A stretch of 64,000 nt of DNA from a virus. A model generated the notes under the pieces. The model made no database searches, was not told where the DNA came from, and saw only the letters and a list, made by a program, of their open reading frames with translations. Below, piece by piece: positions 20,412-30,375 of the stretch. The stretch is from the UHGV virus genome UHGV-0149901; one strand, written 5' to 3'. How positions within the stretch are numbered: the first letter of the stretch is position 1; every line of letters begins with the position of its first letter. The position numbers and the translations under genes are program-made.

Positions 20412-20528
20412 TTTTTGATAGATAATAAGTAAGTGCTGATCTATCATTTAACAGCTCGAAAGAGCCACGAATGAACGAAAGCCCAACGCGCATAGCGCCA
20501 TCGGCCAAATCACAACAAGGAGAAACAC

Positions 20529-21557
20529 ATGTCTAAGACATTACTTGATTTGCTTAACAAAACTCGTGAAGACATTGCCGCCAAACGTGGTAACAACGTT
20601 GATCTGACTCGCTTAAAAGACGGCGTCAACTATATCCGCATCTTCCCGAATAAAGACGACCCAAACGGTAAGTTCTTCCAGACTTTCGGTATGCACTACG
20701 TTAAGTATCAGAACGAGGAAGGTAAAGAAGCAACCAACGCTTATATTTGTGAGCAACATACTCACGGTCGCGCTTGTCAGCTATGCGAAATGGTGATGGA
20801 AGGTCGCGCTCGTCACAAGGGTAACAAAGCAATGGAAGAACGCATCGGTCAAATGCGTGCCACTCCTCGCTACCTGGTCAACGGCATTCTTTCTGCTCGT
20901 GAGGATTTCGCAGATGCTGAGAAATGCCAGTTAATCGAGCTGCCGTCTACTGTATTCGATGATATCTGCAAAGCAATCACCGAAGACATCGCTGATGATA
21001 TCGGCAATCCACTGAGCAAAGAGGAAGGCTACGCATTCCTGATTAAACGTACTGGCTCTGGTCGCGATACCAAATATGACGTCTCGCCTAAGCGTAAAGT
21101 CTACAAAGGCGATATCGAAGATAAATTCTGGAATACCCAGCATGATCTGATCGCATACGCAAATCAGGCTGATGAAACTCGTCTTCTGTCGACAGTTCGC
21201 ACTATGGGTCGTCTGATTGGCATCGCTGCACCAACTGCCGCAGCATCTGCACCAGCAATTTCCTCAACCGCGAAAACATCGGCTGCGGCACTACCTGGAT
21301 TTGGCTCTGTCACTGGTCATACAGAAGGAGCGACGGCTGTAGCTACCGCTCATACCCCAGCTTCTGAACCAACCAGTCTGGTTGATGAAGAAATCCTCCG
21401 TGCCGTTGAAACTGAATTTAAACCAGAAGCAAGTTCCGCTGCCGTTGCAGTATCAGTCAAAGAGTCTGAAGCAGTCGCAGCGACATCTGTAGCAGCCGCA
21501 TCTGCGACGGAAGATGAAGGTCTGGATGACCTACTGAGAGAGCTGGACTCTCTGTAA
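20529..21557 (+). CDS. ssDNA-binding protein, T4 gp32-like
   Basis: IRIFPNKDD block and H/C zinc-binding cluster (CEQHTHGRACQLC) resemble gp32; acidic C-terminal tail. Confidence 0.65.
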   Translation: MSKTLLDLLNKTREDIAAKRGNNVDLTRLKDGVNYIRIFPNKDDPNGKFFQTFGMHYVKYQNEEGKEATNAYICEQHTHGRACQLCEMVMEGRARHKGNKAMEERIGQMRATPRYLVNGILSAREDFADAEKCQLIELPSTVFDDICKAITEDIADDIGNPLSKEEGYAFLIKRTGSGRDTKYDVSPKRKVYKGDIEDKFWNTQHDLIAYANQADETRLLSTVRTMGRLIGIAAPTAAASAPAISSTAKTSAAALPGFGSVTGHTEGATAVATAHTPASEPTSLVDEEILRAVETEFKPEASSAAVAVSVKESEAVAATSVAAASATEDEGLDDLLRELDSL

Positions 21558-21566
21558 TCCCATTAC

Positions 21567-22562
21567 GTGACCAGTAAGGCGTCTACGGACGCCTTACTTT
21601 TTGGAAGGAATGTACCGGTGAATTATCTCTTCGTAGATGGCAATAGCCTGGGTTATTACCACCAACAATCTGACAAATTGCACAACGGCGAAATGGAAGT
21701 ACAGGCTGCTTTCGGCTTTGTTAAGAACGTCCGTCGTTATGCCTCCATCCTCCATGCCCGACCTATGATTCTTTGGGATGGATTTAGTGACAAGCGTCGC
21801 GACTTTTACCCGGACTACAAAGCAAATCGCGACGACGATCCTGATATGAAAAAGATGAAGGAAGGCTTTGCTATCCAGAAGCCATACATCCTCAAAATGA
21901 TGACCGCGCTTGGAGTTACCCAACTCATTGCAAAAGATGCAGAAGCGGATGATCTGGCCGGGCTGCTGGTAGCCAGCATTGCACCGCAGCCAATCGTTGA
22001 ACACATCTATCTGTTAACAGGCGATAGCGACTGGCTTCAGTTAGTTCGTGAAAACGTAAGCTGGGTAAGCCTGCGTGAAGACGCCAAAAACAAGCAGGTT
22101 AATTTTGAGCAATTTGCGGAGCTGACAGGATTCGCCACGCCTCGCGCATTTTTGGAAGCAAAAGCATTACAAGGCGATAACTCGGACAACATTAGCGGTG
22201 TTGGTGGCATTGGTGCTGGCGGTGCGAAAGAGCTGCTGCATGAATGGGGAAGTGTCGCAACGATGGTACGCGGCATCAACGACGGCTCAATCGTGGTTAA
22301 TAAAGGGCGTCATAAGACCGCCTTCAACAAACTAGCGAAGAATGCCTTCAACGAGAAAACAGGCTGTCGAATGCTCGAAGCGTTCAAGAGAAACATCACG
22401 CTAATGAACCTGATTGAGACGAAGTTTCCGCCTACCGAAATCGAAACAATCAAAGGCAATCGTGACGTGAAAGCATTCGAGCAACTGTGCTACGAGCTGA
22501 ATTTCCGTTCGTTCCTTGAAGACCTTGAAGTGTTTGTTCTTCCATTCGAAAGGTATTGCTAA
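21567..22562 (+). CDS. 5'-3' exonuclease / flap endonuclease (start may be downstream GTG)
   Basis: PIN-like acidic motifs (DGNSLGYY, TGDSDWLQL) and H3TH region (GVGGIGAGGAKELL). Confidence 0.75.
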   Translation: MTSKASTDALLFGRNVPVNYLFVDGNSLGYYHQQSDKLHNGEMEVQAAFGFVKNVRRYASILHARPMILWDGFSDKRRDFYPDYKANRDDDPDMKKMKEGFAIQKPYILKMMTALGVTQLIAKDAEADDLAGLLVASIAPQPIVEHIYLLTGDSDWLQLVRENVSWVSLREDAKNKQVNFEQFAELTGFATPRAFLEAKALQGDNSDNISGVGGIGAGGAKELLHEWGSVATMVRGINDGSIVVNKGRHKTAFNKLAKNAFNEKTGCRMLEAFKRNITLMNLIETKFPPTEIETIKGNRDVKAFEQLCYELNFRSFLEDLEVFVLPFERYC

Positions 22563-22828
22563 TGCTTAAATCGATTATCAATGGCGCTACAACCACCCCT
22601 GCCCAACTGGCAAAAGAGATTGTCTTTTATCACGGTGAGTACGCTGTCATCGCACTGCCGTCAATTCTAGGCGCTGCCGGAATGAAAGCGACAGATCGCG
22701 AGTTTGGATTAGTCAGCGAGCAGGTCGTAAAAATCCTCGCTCGTGTATCCAGACTCCTTAACCACGATGCGATTGTATTCGATGAATCCGCCGCTTTAAA
22801 ACGAATCAACGAAACAAAAGGAGCCTGA
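22556..22828 (+). CDS. Hypothetical protein
   Basis: 90 aa ORF, overlaps upstream stop. Confidence 0.45.
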   Translation: MLMLKSIINGATTTPAQLAKEIVFYHGEYAVIALPSILGAAGMKATDREFGLVSEQVVKILARVSRLLNHDAIVFDESAALKRINETKGA

Positions 22829-22830
22829 TC

Positions 22831-23904
22831 ATGGCAAAAGGAAAATCCGCACTGGCACTTGCTCTGAAAAAGAAAATCGGTAGCAACGACGAAATTCAGA
22901 AAGTAACTCATTGGATTGATACAGGCTTTCCACCGTTAAACAAAGCTATTTCTGGTCGTTACGATGGCGGCTTCCCATGTGGTCGTATCGTCGAAGTATT
23001 CGGTCCTCCAAGTGCAGGGAAAACGTTCCTTGCAACAGCAGCGATGATCTCCGCTCAAAAACAAGATGGTCTGGCGGTATTCCTCGATCATGAAAACAGT
23101 TTTGACGTTGGCCTGGCTGTCGCCAATGGCCTGAACGCAGATGAGGATGACGGTCAGTGGGTATACAAGCAGCCAGATACCTTCGAAGACTCTGTAGAGT
23201 TGATCGGCACAATACTTAAATTGGTTCGTGATGAAGAGCTTATCCCCGAATCAGCACCAATCTGTATCGTGGCTGACTCTCTTGCGTCTATGGTTCCGAA
23301 CTCCAAAGCGGAGAAGTTCGAAAAGATGGCTGAAGGCACTGCCAAAGACAAAGATCAGCTAAACATGAACGACAATACGGCACTGGCTCGTGCGACGAGT
23401 GCGAACTTCCCTACTCTGGCTTTGTGGGCACGCAAATACAACGCCTGCATCATCTTCTTGAATCAGGTTCGCACAAAAATCGGTGTAATGTTTGGCGACC
23501 CTACTACGTCGCCAGGTGGAGATTCACCGAAGTTCTACGCTTCTGTACGTATCCGTCTTGGTGCATCGGTGATGAAGGATGGTAAAGAGAAGATCGGCCA
23601 GGACGTAGGCGCAGAATGCATCAAAAACAAAGTTGCACCACCGTATGGCAAATGCACCTGGAAATTCTACTTCGATCCTACTCGTGGCCTCGACGTTATC
23701 GAATCGCTCGTCGAGTACATGCTGGAAGAAGGATACCTGCCAAAGAACGCCAGCGGGCGAGTTGAAATTGGTGACAAGAAATACACCAAATCGCAGATCG
23801 TCGAGATGTATCGGGAGAAGCCACTGGCTGAAATCATTGCGGCTTTGCAGGCAATCGACGACCGAAGAGCAAAAGACAACCCCACCGAGTCAGTAGAAGA
23901 GTAA
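22831..23904 (+). CDS. RecA/UvsX-family recombinase
   Basis: Walker A GPPSAGKT, Walker B CIVADSLASM, RecA-like length and layout. Confidence 0.75.
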   Translation: MAKGKSALALALKKKIGSNDEIQKVTHWIDTGFPPLNKAISGRYDGGFPCGRIVEVFGPPSAGKTFLATAAMISAQKQDGLAVFLDHENSFDVGLAVANGLNADEDDGQWVYKQPDTFEDSVELIGTILKLVRDEELIPESAPICIVADSLASMVPNSKAEKFEKMAEGTAKDKDQLNMNDNTALARATSANFPTLALWARKYNACIIFLNQVRTKIGVMFGDPTTSPGGDSPKFYASVRIRLGASVMKDGKEKIGQDVGAECIKNKVAPPYGKCTWKFYFDPTRGLDVIESLVEYMLEEGYLPKNASGRVEIGDKKYTKSQIVEMYREKPLAEIIAALQAIDDRRAKDNPTESVEE

Positions 23905-23910
23905 ACACAA

Positions 23911-23933
23911 GGCGTCCACAGGACGCCTTTTTT
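23911..23933 (+). terminator. Rho-independent terminator
   Basis: Hairpin GGCGTCC-ACA-GGACGCC plus T6. Confidence 0.75.
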
Positions 23934-23996
23934 ATCTCTTGAAAATATATAAGCACTTACTTATTATTTTCGCATAACAACCACATAGGAAAACAC

Positions 23997-24197
23997 ATGA
24001 TCAAAATCTATCTATTGGCAGTAGCCACAGGCCTTTCAGTGGCTCTCATCTACGGTTTACTGGTTCCGTCGCTGATTTCTACCAAGAGTGATTTAGCCGT
24101 CATGTTTGGAGTTATCGTTGGTTTTGGTGCTCCTGTAATCGGTCTTATTGCTGGTCGTAAGTTTATCAACTCATTAATCAAAGCAAAGGGGAAATAA
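23997..24197 (+). CDS. Small membrane protein
   Basis: 66 aa, two predicted TM helices. Confidence 0.5.
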   Translation: MIKIYLLAVATGLSVALIYGLLVPSLISTKSDLAVMFGVIVGFGAPVIGLIAGRKFINSLIKAKGK

Positions 24198-24200
24198 GTA

Positions 24201-25031
24201 ATGAAGAAAGGTTTACTTGCAGTTGCTCTGGCGGCTATTTGCACAATGGGTCTTACTGGCTGTGATCGCGTGGAGCCTGGATACGTTGGCATCAAAGTAA
24301 ACAAATTAGGTGAAGACAAAGGGATTGGTGAAGTGGTTGGCGTTGGTCGCCAATGGACAGGTCTTAACACCGAACTTTACGTATTCCCGACCTTCAAACA
24401 AATGAAGACCTACGACGAGCCGTTCACATTCCAGATGAGTGACGGTACTGCTATTGGTCACAAAATTGGCGTTGCGTATCTGGTTAATCGTGACAAGGTA
24501 ACGACGGTGTTCCAGACCTATCGCAAAGGCGTAGACGATATCACCGAATCAGATCTGCGTCAGAAAATTGCCGACTCTCTAAACCGTTTGGCCAGCCGTA
24601 TGACCACTGACTCATTTATCGACGGTGGTAAGGCACAATTGCTGGACAACGCACTGAAAGATATTCAGAAAGAGATGTCTCCGGTTGGTATTGAGGTACT
24701 GAGCCTGTCATGGGTTGGAAAGCCTGATTACCCAAAAACTGTCATTGAATCTATTAACGCCAAAGTAACGGCTAACCAGCGTACTCTGCAACGTCAGCAG
24801 GAAGTTGAACAACGTAAAGCTGAGGCGAATATGCTACGTGAACAGGCTAATGGTGAAGCTGATGCTATCCGTGCTCGTGCGCAAGCAGAAGCAGACGCCA
24901 TTCGTCTGCGCGGTGAAGCTCTGCGTCAAAACCCGAACGTTATGGAACTGGAAGCCATCAATAAATGGAATGGCCAGTTACCGCAGTACATGACTCAAGG
25001 GGCTAACACTCCTTTCATTACAGTGAAATAA
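24201..25031 (+). CDS. SPFH/band-7 domain lipoprotein
   Basis: Lipobox LTGC; prohibitin-homology domain; coiled-coil C-terminus. Confidence 0.7.
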   Translation: MKKGLLAVALAAICTMGLTGCDRVEPGYVGIKVNKLGEDKGIGEVVGVGRQWTGLNTELYVFPTFKQMKTYDEPFTFQMSDGTAIGHKIGVAYLVNRDKVTTVFQTYRKGVDDITESDLRQKIADSLNRLASRMTTDSFIDGGKAQLLDNALKDIQKEMSPVGIEVLSLSWVGKPDYPKTVIESINAKVTANQRTLQRQQEVEQRKAEANMLREQANGEADAIRARAQAEADAIRLRGEALRQNPNVMELEAINKWNGQLPQYMTQGANTPFITVK

Positions 25032-25048
25032 CTCCCCTAAAAAGTTCA

Positions 25049-25072
25049 GGCGTCCAGTTGGACGCCTTTTTT
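25049..25072 (+). terminator. Rho-independent terminator
   Basis: Hairpin GGCGTCCAGTTGGACGCC plus T6. Confidence 0.75.
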
Positions 25073-25122
25073 ATCGCAATTATCTTATTAAGAAAACAAT
25101 TTGTTTAAAAGAATAAGAAAAC

Positions 25123-25548
25123 ATGACAGCTATTAAGAAACTCTACGATGCCGCAAACGTGGCTCTGGATGTTATTGATGATGAAGCAGCAAAAGGCTTT
25201 CCTGAACCTGATTGGGCGCATCAGCTACGAAACGCTATCGCCGAAATGAATCCACCAGATCCGACCACCGACGAGACAGACTGGCAGCGATTTATCCGTA
25301 TGTACGCTCAGGAAATAGGTCCAACGCCAACGGCAGAGCAAGCAATGCTGCTGAAATACTTCAAAGAGGCGGGAGAGGATTTACCAATTGATGACTCAGC
25401 ATATTGGTTCCACTGCGCATGGCGTAAGTATGACGTGATATTCACACAAGGCATGGGGAGCAAAGATATGGTTGTGTGGCATCTACTCCATATAGACACA
25501 GCCGTTGACAGAGTTATTGAACAGTTTTTCCCTAAACAAGAAGATTGA
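25123..25548 (+). CDS. Hypothetical protein
   Basis: 141 aa ORF. Confidence 0.5.
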   Translation: MTAIKKLYDAANVALDVIDDEAAKGFPEPDWAHQLRNAIAEMNPPDPTTDETDWQRFIRMYAQEIGPTPTAEQAMLLKYFKEAGEDLPIDDSAYWFHCAWRKYDVIFTQGMGSKDMVVWHLLHIDTAVDRVIEQFFPKQED

Positions 25549-25603
25549 TCGCCTATTCATAACTAACAAAATAAGTAAACACTAACCACAAAAGGAAAAA
25601 CAC

Positions 25604-25879
25604 ATGAGAGTTTTAGTTCGAATCGTTACCAGCACTGTCTATGACGTGTTTCCGCTTTTTATGGTCAAAGCCGATGGCCTTAACGACGAAGAAACTGACG
25701 CGCTGATCCAGCGTATTCTCGTTGAATATACAGGTCATGACGCTGATTCAGTGATGGTTGATGATGATGGTGTTTGTTGGCATAACGGCAACTGTTGGTA
25801 CGTAGAAGAGACTCAACAAATCAGTGATGAAGATGCCGCACATCTTGAGCGTATTTTAAGCATCAGCACTTTTGAGTGA
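25604..25879 (+). CDS. Hypothetical protein
   Basis: 91 aa ORF preceded by conserved AGGAAAAACACATG context. Confidence 0.5.
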   Translation: MRVLVRIVTSTVYDVFPLFMVKADGLNDEETDALIQRILVEYTGHDADSVMVDDDGVCWHNGNCWYVEETQQISDEDAAHLERILSISTFE

Positions 25880-25918
25880 GTTTACAGTAAAATTTATATA
25901 AGTTAGTATCTACCTATC

Positions 25919-26098
25919 ATGAAGATTTTTATTGAATACTTGTTACTCATCGTTTCAATAGCTTTTGTCATCGACTGCATTTTCACCGGTGTCATTCGTA
26001 AAGTCTTTTCCCCGGTGAACGACGTAGTCATAAACGCTTTGGCTATCGTGCTCGTATTTAATTCAGCATTTGATGTAATCAAAGAGGTGGCAGCATGA
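25919..26098 (+). CDS. Small membrane protein (59 aa, not in ORF track)
   Basis: Hydrophobic ORF MKIFIEYLLLIVSIAFVIDC...; ATGA overlap with next gene. Confidence 0.4.
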   Translation: MKIFIEYLLLIVSIAFVIDCIFTGVIRKVFSPVNDVVINALAIVLVFNSAFDVIKEVAA

Positions 26099-26430
26099 AG
26101 GCCATCCCATTCGCGCTGTTGTTCCTTTCTTCGATCGTTGTGGCCGACACCACTGTTTATCAGTGTGAAATGTCTGTAGCCGACGTTAAGAATGGCGCTC
26201 TTACCGACGTCATAAAAGCACCATATGGAGCGATGGTCGTAGACAGCGGCGACCAGTTCTATGTTGTGCGTGACGATCGAGTGTTGTCATCCCCATATCT
26301 CACAAATCGTAATGGCAAATTAACCGGCGTCGGAGAAGACCACTTCGTATACAACAAATACAAGGGCTTCTATGGTGTTCACGCTTCTCAGCAAAGCTAC
26401 CTTTTCGATGACTGCAAGGAGGTTGGATAA
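26095..26430 (+). CDS. Secreted hypothetical protein
   Basis: Signal peptide; 111 aa. Confidence 0.5.
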   Translation: MKAIPFALLFLSSIVVADTTVYQCEMSVADVKNGALTDVIKAPYGAMVVDSGDQFYVVRDDRVLSSPYLTNRNGKLTGVGEDHFVYNKYKGFYGVHASQQSYLFDDCKEVG

Positions 26431-26642
26431 TGGCATTAACACTGGCAGGTCTGGAAATCGAGAAAACAAGCGGCTACTGGCGTGCTAAGGGTTTCAAGCA
26501 GCCTGGCATTCTTGAGCGTCTGGAACGTGAAGATGGGTATATCGTCCACCAGCGGCGTGAATGGCGTATGTACGATCCAGAAACAGGAAAACTGACTACA
26601 AAAGCCGGAACACTTTGGGGTCTGTTAAAGAAAATACACTAA
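26430..26642 (+). CDS. Hypothetical small protein
   Basis: 70 aa, AGGAGG RBS. Confidence 0.45.
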   Translation: MALTLAGLEIEKTSGYWRAKGFKQPGILERLEREDGYIVHQRREWRMYDPETGKLTTKAGTLWGLLKKIH

Positions 26643-26689
26643 ATGCAAACTGACTGCGGCACGTTCCGCAGTCATATTTCATAGTCGTC

Positions 26690-27221
26690 ACCGCTGACAG
26701 CATACACAATCAACTACCGCTGATAGCATATCGAGAGTTTATCTCACCGCTCACAGCATACTTTACTCGATTTTTTACCGCTGACAGCATACTTAAGACA
26801 TTGCATGAATAATGTGTACCGGTATGGGTATAACCAGAACAAAATTACCGCTGGCAGCATACGAAGGTCTGACATATACCATTAATTACCGCTGATAGCA
26901 TATCCAAACAAAAATTCCTCAATAAAACACCGCTGACAGCATACGTTCTATCAGGGAGCAGCAGGCAATAAATGCTTTTCACTACAAGCAATCAGCGCAA
27001 CGGCAATAGAATGTTAGTGAGCGCAAACCTATATGGAATGCACTCTTCGAGGTTAGTAACCACTGGGGAGGTATGCCAGAGCATTGAGTGGTGATAGATG
27101 ATTTACCGCTCACAGCATACGTTTATCTCACTATACCGCTGGTAGCATATCTTTAACCGTTCACAGCATACTTTTCAGAAAAATAGCCGCTGATAGCATA
27201 CATTTCACCGCTGACAGCATA
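26690..27221 (+). repeat. Iteron array (12 copies of ACCGCTGACAGCATAC-type 15-16-mer), incA-like
   Basis: Copies at 26690, 26716, 26746, 26777, 26847, 26888, 26929, 27105, 27135, 27156, 27186, 27207; same orientation, irregular spacing; abuts repA 3' end. Confidence 0.8.
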
Positions 27222-28316
27222 TCAAAGCAGTTTGAGACTATTGGAAAGGATCTCAATCATCTTGATATTTTCAGGCGTCAAATTCTGCGAAAGTTCGGTT
27301 ATCTTGTTGATAATGTTCTGTTTGGCATCAATTTCCCCAGCTTTCTCATCTGGTTTTTTGGGTTCGATGTCTTCAGGTTTTGGCGGTGCGACTTTGAGTT
27401 TTGGATTGCGGCTGTGAATCTGGATATAGATCGACCGCCCTCGCTTAATCTCGCTGTATTCGAGATAACCCAAATCTTGGAGAGCTTTTAAGCCGTTACG
27501 TATAGTCTGATTCTGCGAGCTGACATTCCTGCTACTCAAATTGAGTCGCGCACGCAATCGAGCAAGCGATACCGGCGCAGGCTTGGTTGGAAGACTTTCG
27601 ATGAAGGTGTACAGAGCCTGTGCTGTTTCTTTGCGTGGTAGCTTATTGATAACCTTTAACTGCAAAAGAACCTTATGGTCAAAGCGATATAGTTCGGCCA
27701 GCTTCGGTTCTGCATAGAACACCACCGTATCTTTCTGCTCGTTGTAGTCCACGCTATTGATGAGGTGCACCATCAGAAGCGAGATCTTGTTAGAGCCGTC
27801 TACATTCTTTTCTTCATACGTTCTCTGGAAAGACAGAGTTGTACGCATGATCTTCAAAAGACTGTTTGTAAGCCGGTCGCGGAGTGTTTTGCGGATCTGT
27901 GACGATGGATAGCCACAAAACTTCGCAAATTTCGTGATGCTTAACTCGACACGACCGTTAGGTTCGCCATATTCTGCCAGCGAACGCACAACGCCCACCC
28001 ACGTTTTGAAATCATGATCCATGTCGAGACGAGGACCGGTTATCTTGATATCGGAATAGCCTTCAGAACGGGCTACTTCGAGCTGAACAAGCTCCTTTGA
28101 AGCATCGATCTCATTTGGCTTGTTACGCTTGCTGTATTTTGTCCCCTTGAGCGTGGGCACGAACAACCCCAGCCGCATCAACGCAATTGGTTGGACTGTA
28201 TTGTTGCTATTAGGGACAAGTTCCCCTGTGTACAATTCAAGGGAACCTTCTTCAAAGTTGTCGAGATTATCTTCTACTTCTTTGTTATTTTTACCTTTTT
28301 TATTTTTTGTGGACAT
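27222..28316 (-). CDS. repA: Iteron-binding replication initiator RepA-like protein (start trimmed to MSTKNKK)
   Basis: Flanked both sides by iterons; basic N-terminus; longer track ORF overlaps upstream iterons so internal start chosen. Confidence 0.65.
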   Translation of the reverse strand: MSTKNKKGKNNKEVEDNLDNFEEGSLELYTGELVPNSNNTVQPIALMRLGLFVPTLKGTKYSKRNKPNEIDASKELVQLEVARSEGYSDIKITGPRLDMDHDFKTWVGVVRSLAEYGEPNGRVELSITKFAKFCGYPSSQIRKTLRDRLTNSLLKIMRTTLSFQRTYEEKNVDGSNKISLLMVHLINSVDYNEQKDTVVFYAEPKLAELYRFDHKVLLQLKVINKLPRKETAQALYTFIESLPTKPAPVSLARLRARLNLSSRNVSSQNQTIRNGLKALQDLGYLEYSEIKRGRSIYIQIHSRNPKLKVAPPKPEDIEPKKPDEKAGEIDAKQNIINKITELSQNLTPENIKMIEILSNSLKLL

Positions 28317-28336
28317 GTGGACACCTTTGTCATTCA

Positions 28337-28438
28337 ACCGCTGACAGCATACTTGATTTGCCGCTGGCAGCATACCAAAAACAGTTGGCAGCATACGGCG
28401 AACCGTTGACAGACTATCAATTACCGCTGGTAGCATAC
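28337..28438 (+). repeat. Iteron array (about 5 copies) upstream of repA, origin-proximal
   Basis: ACCGCTGACAGCATAC, GCCGCTGGCAGCATAC, partial and degenerate copies, ACCGCTGGTAGCATAC. Confidence 0.75.
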
Positions 28439-28485
28439 ATGAACATGGCTTCAGACCAGTCGTGGCGCGGCTTACAGCGATCGGG

Positions 28486-28552
28486 GATCTTATTTGATCT
28501 ATACAAGGATCTATCTATGGATCTCTTTATTAGGATCTATCCTGTGGATATG
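28486..28552. promoter_or_regulatory. Origin-like unwinding element: five GATC sites, oriC-13-mer-like repeats, DnaA-box-like TGTGGATAT
   Basis: GATCTTATTTGAT ... GATCTCTTTATTAG resemble E. coli oriC 13-mers; 9-mer at 28544-28552. Confidence 0.6.
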
Positions 28553-28637
28553 TGAATAATTAAAACAGGCATTTACTACCTTCGGCGCACCTGGTGGGTT
28601 ATCGTTGCCTCGGCTAACAATCACAGAAAAATGACAT

Positions 28638-29282
28638 ATGGATCTAAAACGCACGCGCTGGGTTCGTCGTCTTGAAGACGGCTCCTACACTATCGAATCA
28701 AATTCCAACCTGAATAAGCAGAAGCTGCTTTGTGACATCTGCGGTATAGCGGCGAAGTGCCCGATCTACGAAACCAGAATTAAACTTGATAAGGCTGGTG
28801 TGAACTTTCATTTAAACAGTTGCATCAGGTACGTTCCATTGCTCGCATTTCGTAAACCGATCATCGGATTGGATGCCCCCTACTTCAACACACTTCGTTC
28901 AGGTGTGACGTGGCGAGATCGTTTATCACCAGACAAGCTGATTTGCCTTGTATCCGCAGACACAGGGAAAATCATCCGTTTTGGGAAAGTAGACAAGGTT
29001 TACTCAGGTCCAGTAGACGAAATGTTGCGAAAACACAGCCGGTTTAACCATCTCTGCATGGGCGGAGAGAAGATCGAGAAGGTTGACGAAGTGATCCGCA
29101 AATCCTACGGACACTTCCTGAACGACGACAGCCTTCTCACAGCCATCTACATTCGCCATGTCGATCGGGAGTTCGATACGGAGTATCACAGTGCTGAAGA
29201 GTTGAATCTTGTCGACCCTCGCCCAAAAGCTGGGGTAATCGACATCAGCGTTGCGCGTCAGAAGCCCTCTGAGACGTTTTAA
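28638..29282 (+). CDS. Hypothetical protein
   Basis: 214 aa ORF. Confidence 0.5.
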   Translation: MDLKRTRWVRRLEDGSYTIESNSNLNKQKLLCDICGIAAKCPIYETRIKLDKAGVNFHLNSCIRYVPLLAFRKPIIGLDAPYFNTLRSGVTWRDRLSPDKLICLVSADTGKIIRFGKVDKVYSGPVDEMLRKHSRFNHLCMGGEKIEKVDEVIRKSYGHFLNDDSLLTAIYIRHVDREFDTEYHSAEELNLVDPRPKAGVIDISVARQKPSETF

Positions 29283-29357
29283 ACGTAAACTCATGGTTTT
29301 ACCGGGACATAAAATATGGTGTCTTAGAAAGACACTGAGAGCTTTAGGGATTAATAC

Positions 29358-29852
29358 ATGAGTGAATTTTATTCAAGGGCAGCGACTGCGGCAGACATGC
29401 CATTTATCATGGGTGAGTTCGAAGACGGCGCACGCAAGGGTCACTTCTACGAAGAGATCCTCACATCAAAGGGTGGTAAAACCTTTGAGAAGCAGACCAG
29501 GCAGGCAATCAAGACGAACGAGCAGGGTCAATATTCCGGGCATTATATCTACATCCTGCTGCGCCGTTCTGATGACAAAAAAGCAGGGCTAATCTGGTTC
29601 TGTGCCGCACTCGATCCAACCGGTGCACCACGACTTGAACTCCGTGCCGTCAGTATCGTCAAAGAACTACGCGGGAAAGGCTATGGGTCAATGCTGGTGT
29701 CAGACATGATCGATTCAAACCCGAGCCAGCCGATGATGGCGAAGTGCTACGTCAAATCCTCGCAAATGGCCGACATGTTAAAACGCAGAGGTTTTCACCT
29801 TTTCGACACGTCCCCCAAAGGCACGCAGATGCTGTTTCGCGATCCAAAGTAA
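29358..29852 (+). CDS. GNAT-family N-acetyltransferase (putative)
   Basis: Acetyl-CoA binding motif A-like VKELRGKGYGSMLV. Confidence 0.55.
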   Translation: MSEFYSRAATAADMPFIMGEFEDGARKGHFYEEILTSKGGKTFEKQTRQAIKTNEQGQYSGHYIYILLRRSDDKKAGLIWFCAALDPTGAPRLELRAVSIVKELRGKGYGSMLVSDMIDSNPSQPMMAKCYVKSSQMADMLKRRGFHLFDTSPKGTQMLFRDPK

Positions 29853-29874
29853 AAAGCACCCCATATGAGGTGCT
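29850..29874 (-). terminator. Rho-independent terminator for reverse-strand lipoprotein gene
   Basis: Hairpin AGCACC-CCATATGA-GGTGCT with T-tract on minus strand. Confidence 0.6.
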
Positions 29875-29883
29875 TCTGAAGAA

Positions 29884-30375
29884 TTAATCGCAAGTTGTTT
29901 TGCCAGTGCCGTCTGGGTATACGATGGATTCGCACGACTTGCCGTCCAAGAAACTGTAGCTGCGAATAGTGCCGTCCGGATCGCGTTCTGTGTAGGACTC
30001 TAGCTTATTCGGATCAGCGTTCTTACGGCGCACTTCTTTCAGCTCATATTGGGCCTTGTACATCTCCTTGTAGGCTTCTTCTATGCGCTTCATCTTGATG
30101 TCTTTAGCTTCTTGACTGCCTTGATATGCGGCCATATCGAGGTCACAGTTAAACTCAATAGCCGGATATCTCGGGCCGTATTTAGAAGCAAAAAGATGGC
30201 CATTGGATGTGTAGAATGCGTGTCCGCCACACAACTTATCAGCCCTGTCTTGGGCTATAGCTTTACTAGTAGTTGAGTAGATGTAGATAAAGCTACCTGA
30301 TTTTCGATCCTCTGGTGGCTTGGGCGCACACCCAACCAGTGCAAGAGCCATTACCCCCATCATTACGCGTTTCAC
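29884..30375 (-). CDS. Lipoprotein, reverse-strand (candidate superinfection-exclusion gene)
   Basis: Lipobox LVGC; 163 aa; opposite orientation to flanking operons. Confidence 0.6.
   Translation of the reverse strand: MKRVMMGVMALALVGCAPKPPEDRKSGSFIYIYSTTSKAIAQDRADKLCGGHAFYTSNGHLFASKYGPRYPAIEFNCDLDMAAYQGSQEAKDIKMKRIEEAYKEMYKAQYELKEVRRKNADPNKLESYTERDPDGTIRSYSFLDGKSCESIVYPDGTGKTTCD

Noticed and set aside
27222-28436. Full-length 404-aa RepA ORF from the track
   Set aside because: Its first 40 codons overlap the upstream iteron array; an internal ATG (28316) gives a typical basic N-terminus, so the shorter form is preferred with moderate confidence.
26690-28438. Possible CRISPR array (short repeats with intervening sequence)
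   Set aside because: Repeats are 15-16 bp, spacers range from about 10 to 160 bp, and the arrays flank a Rep initiator gene. These are plasmid iterons; no cas genes are present.
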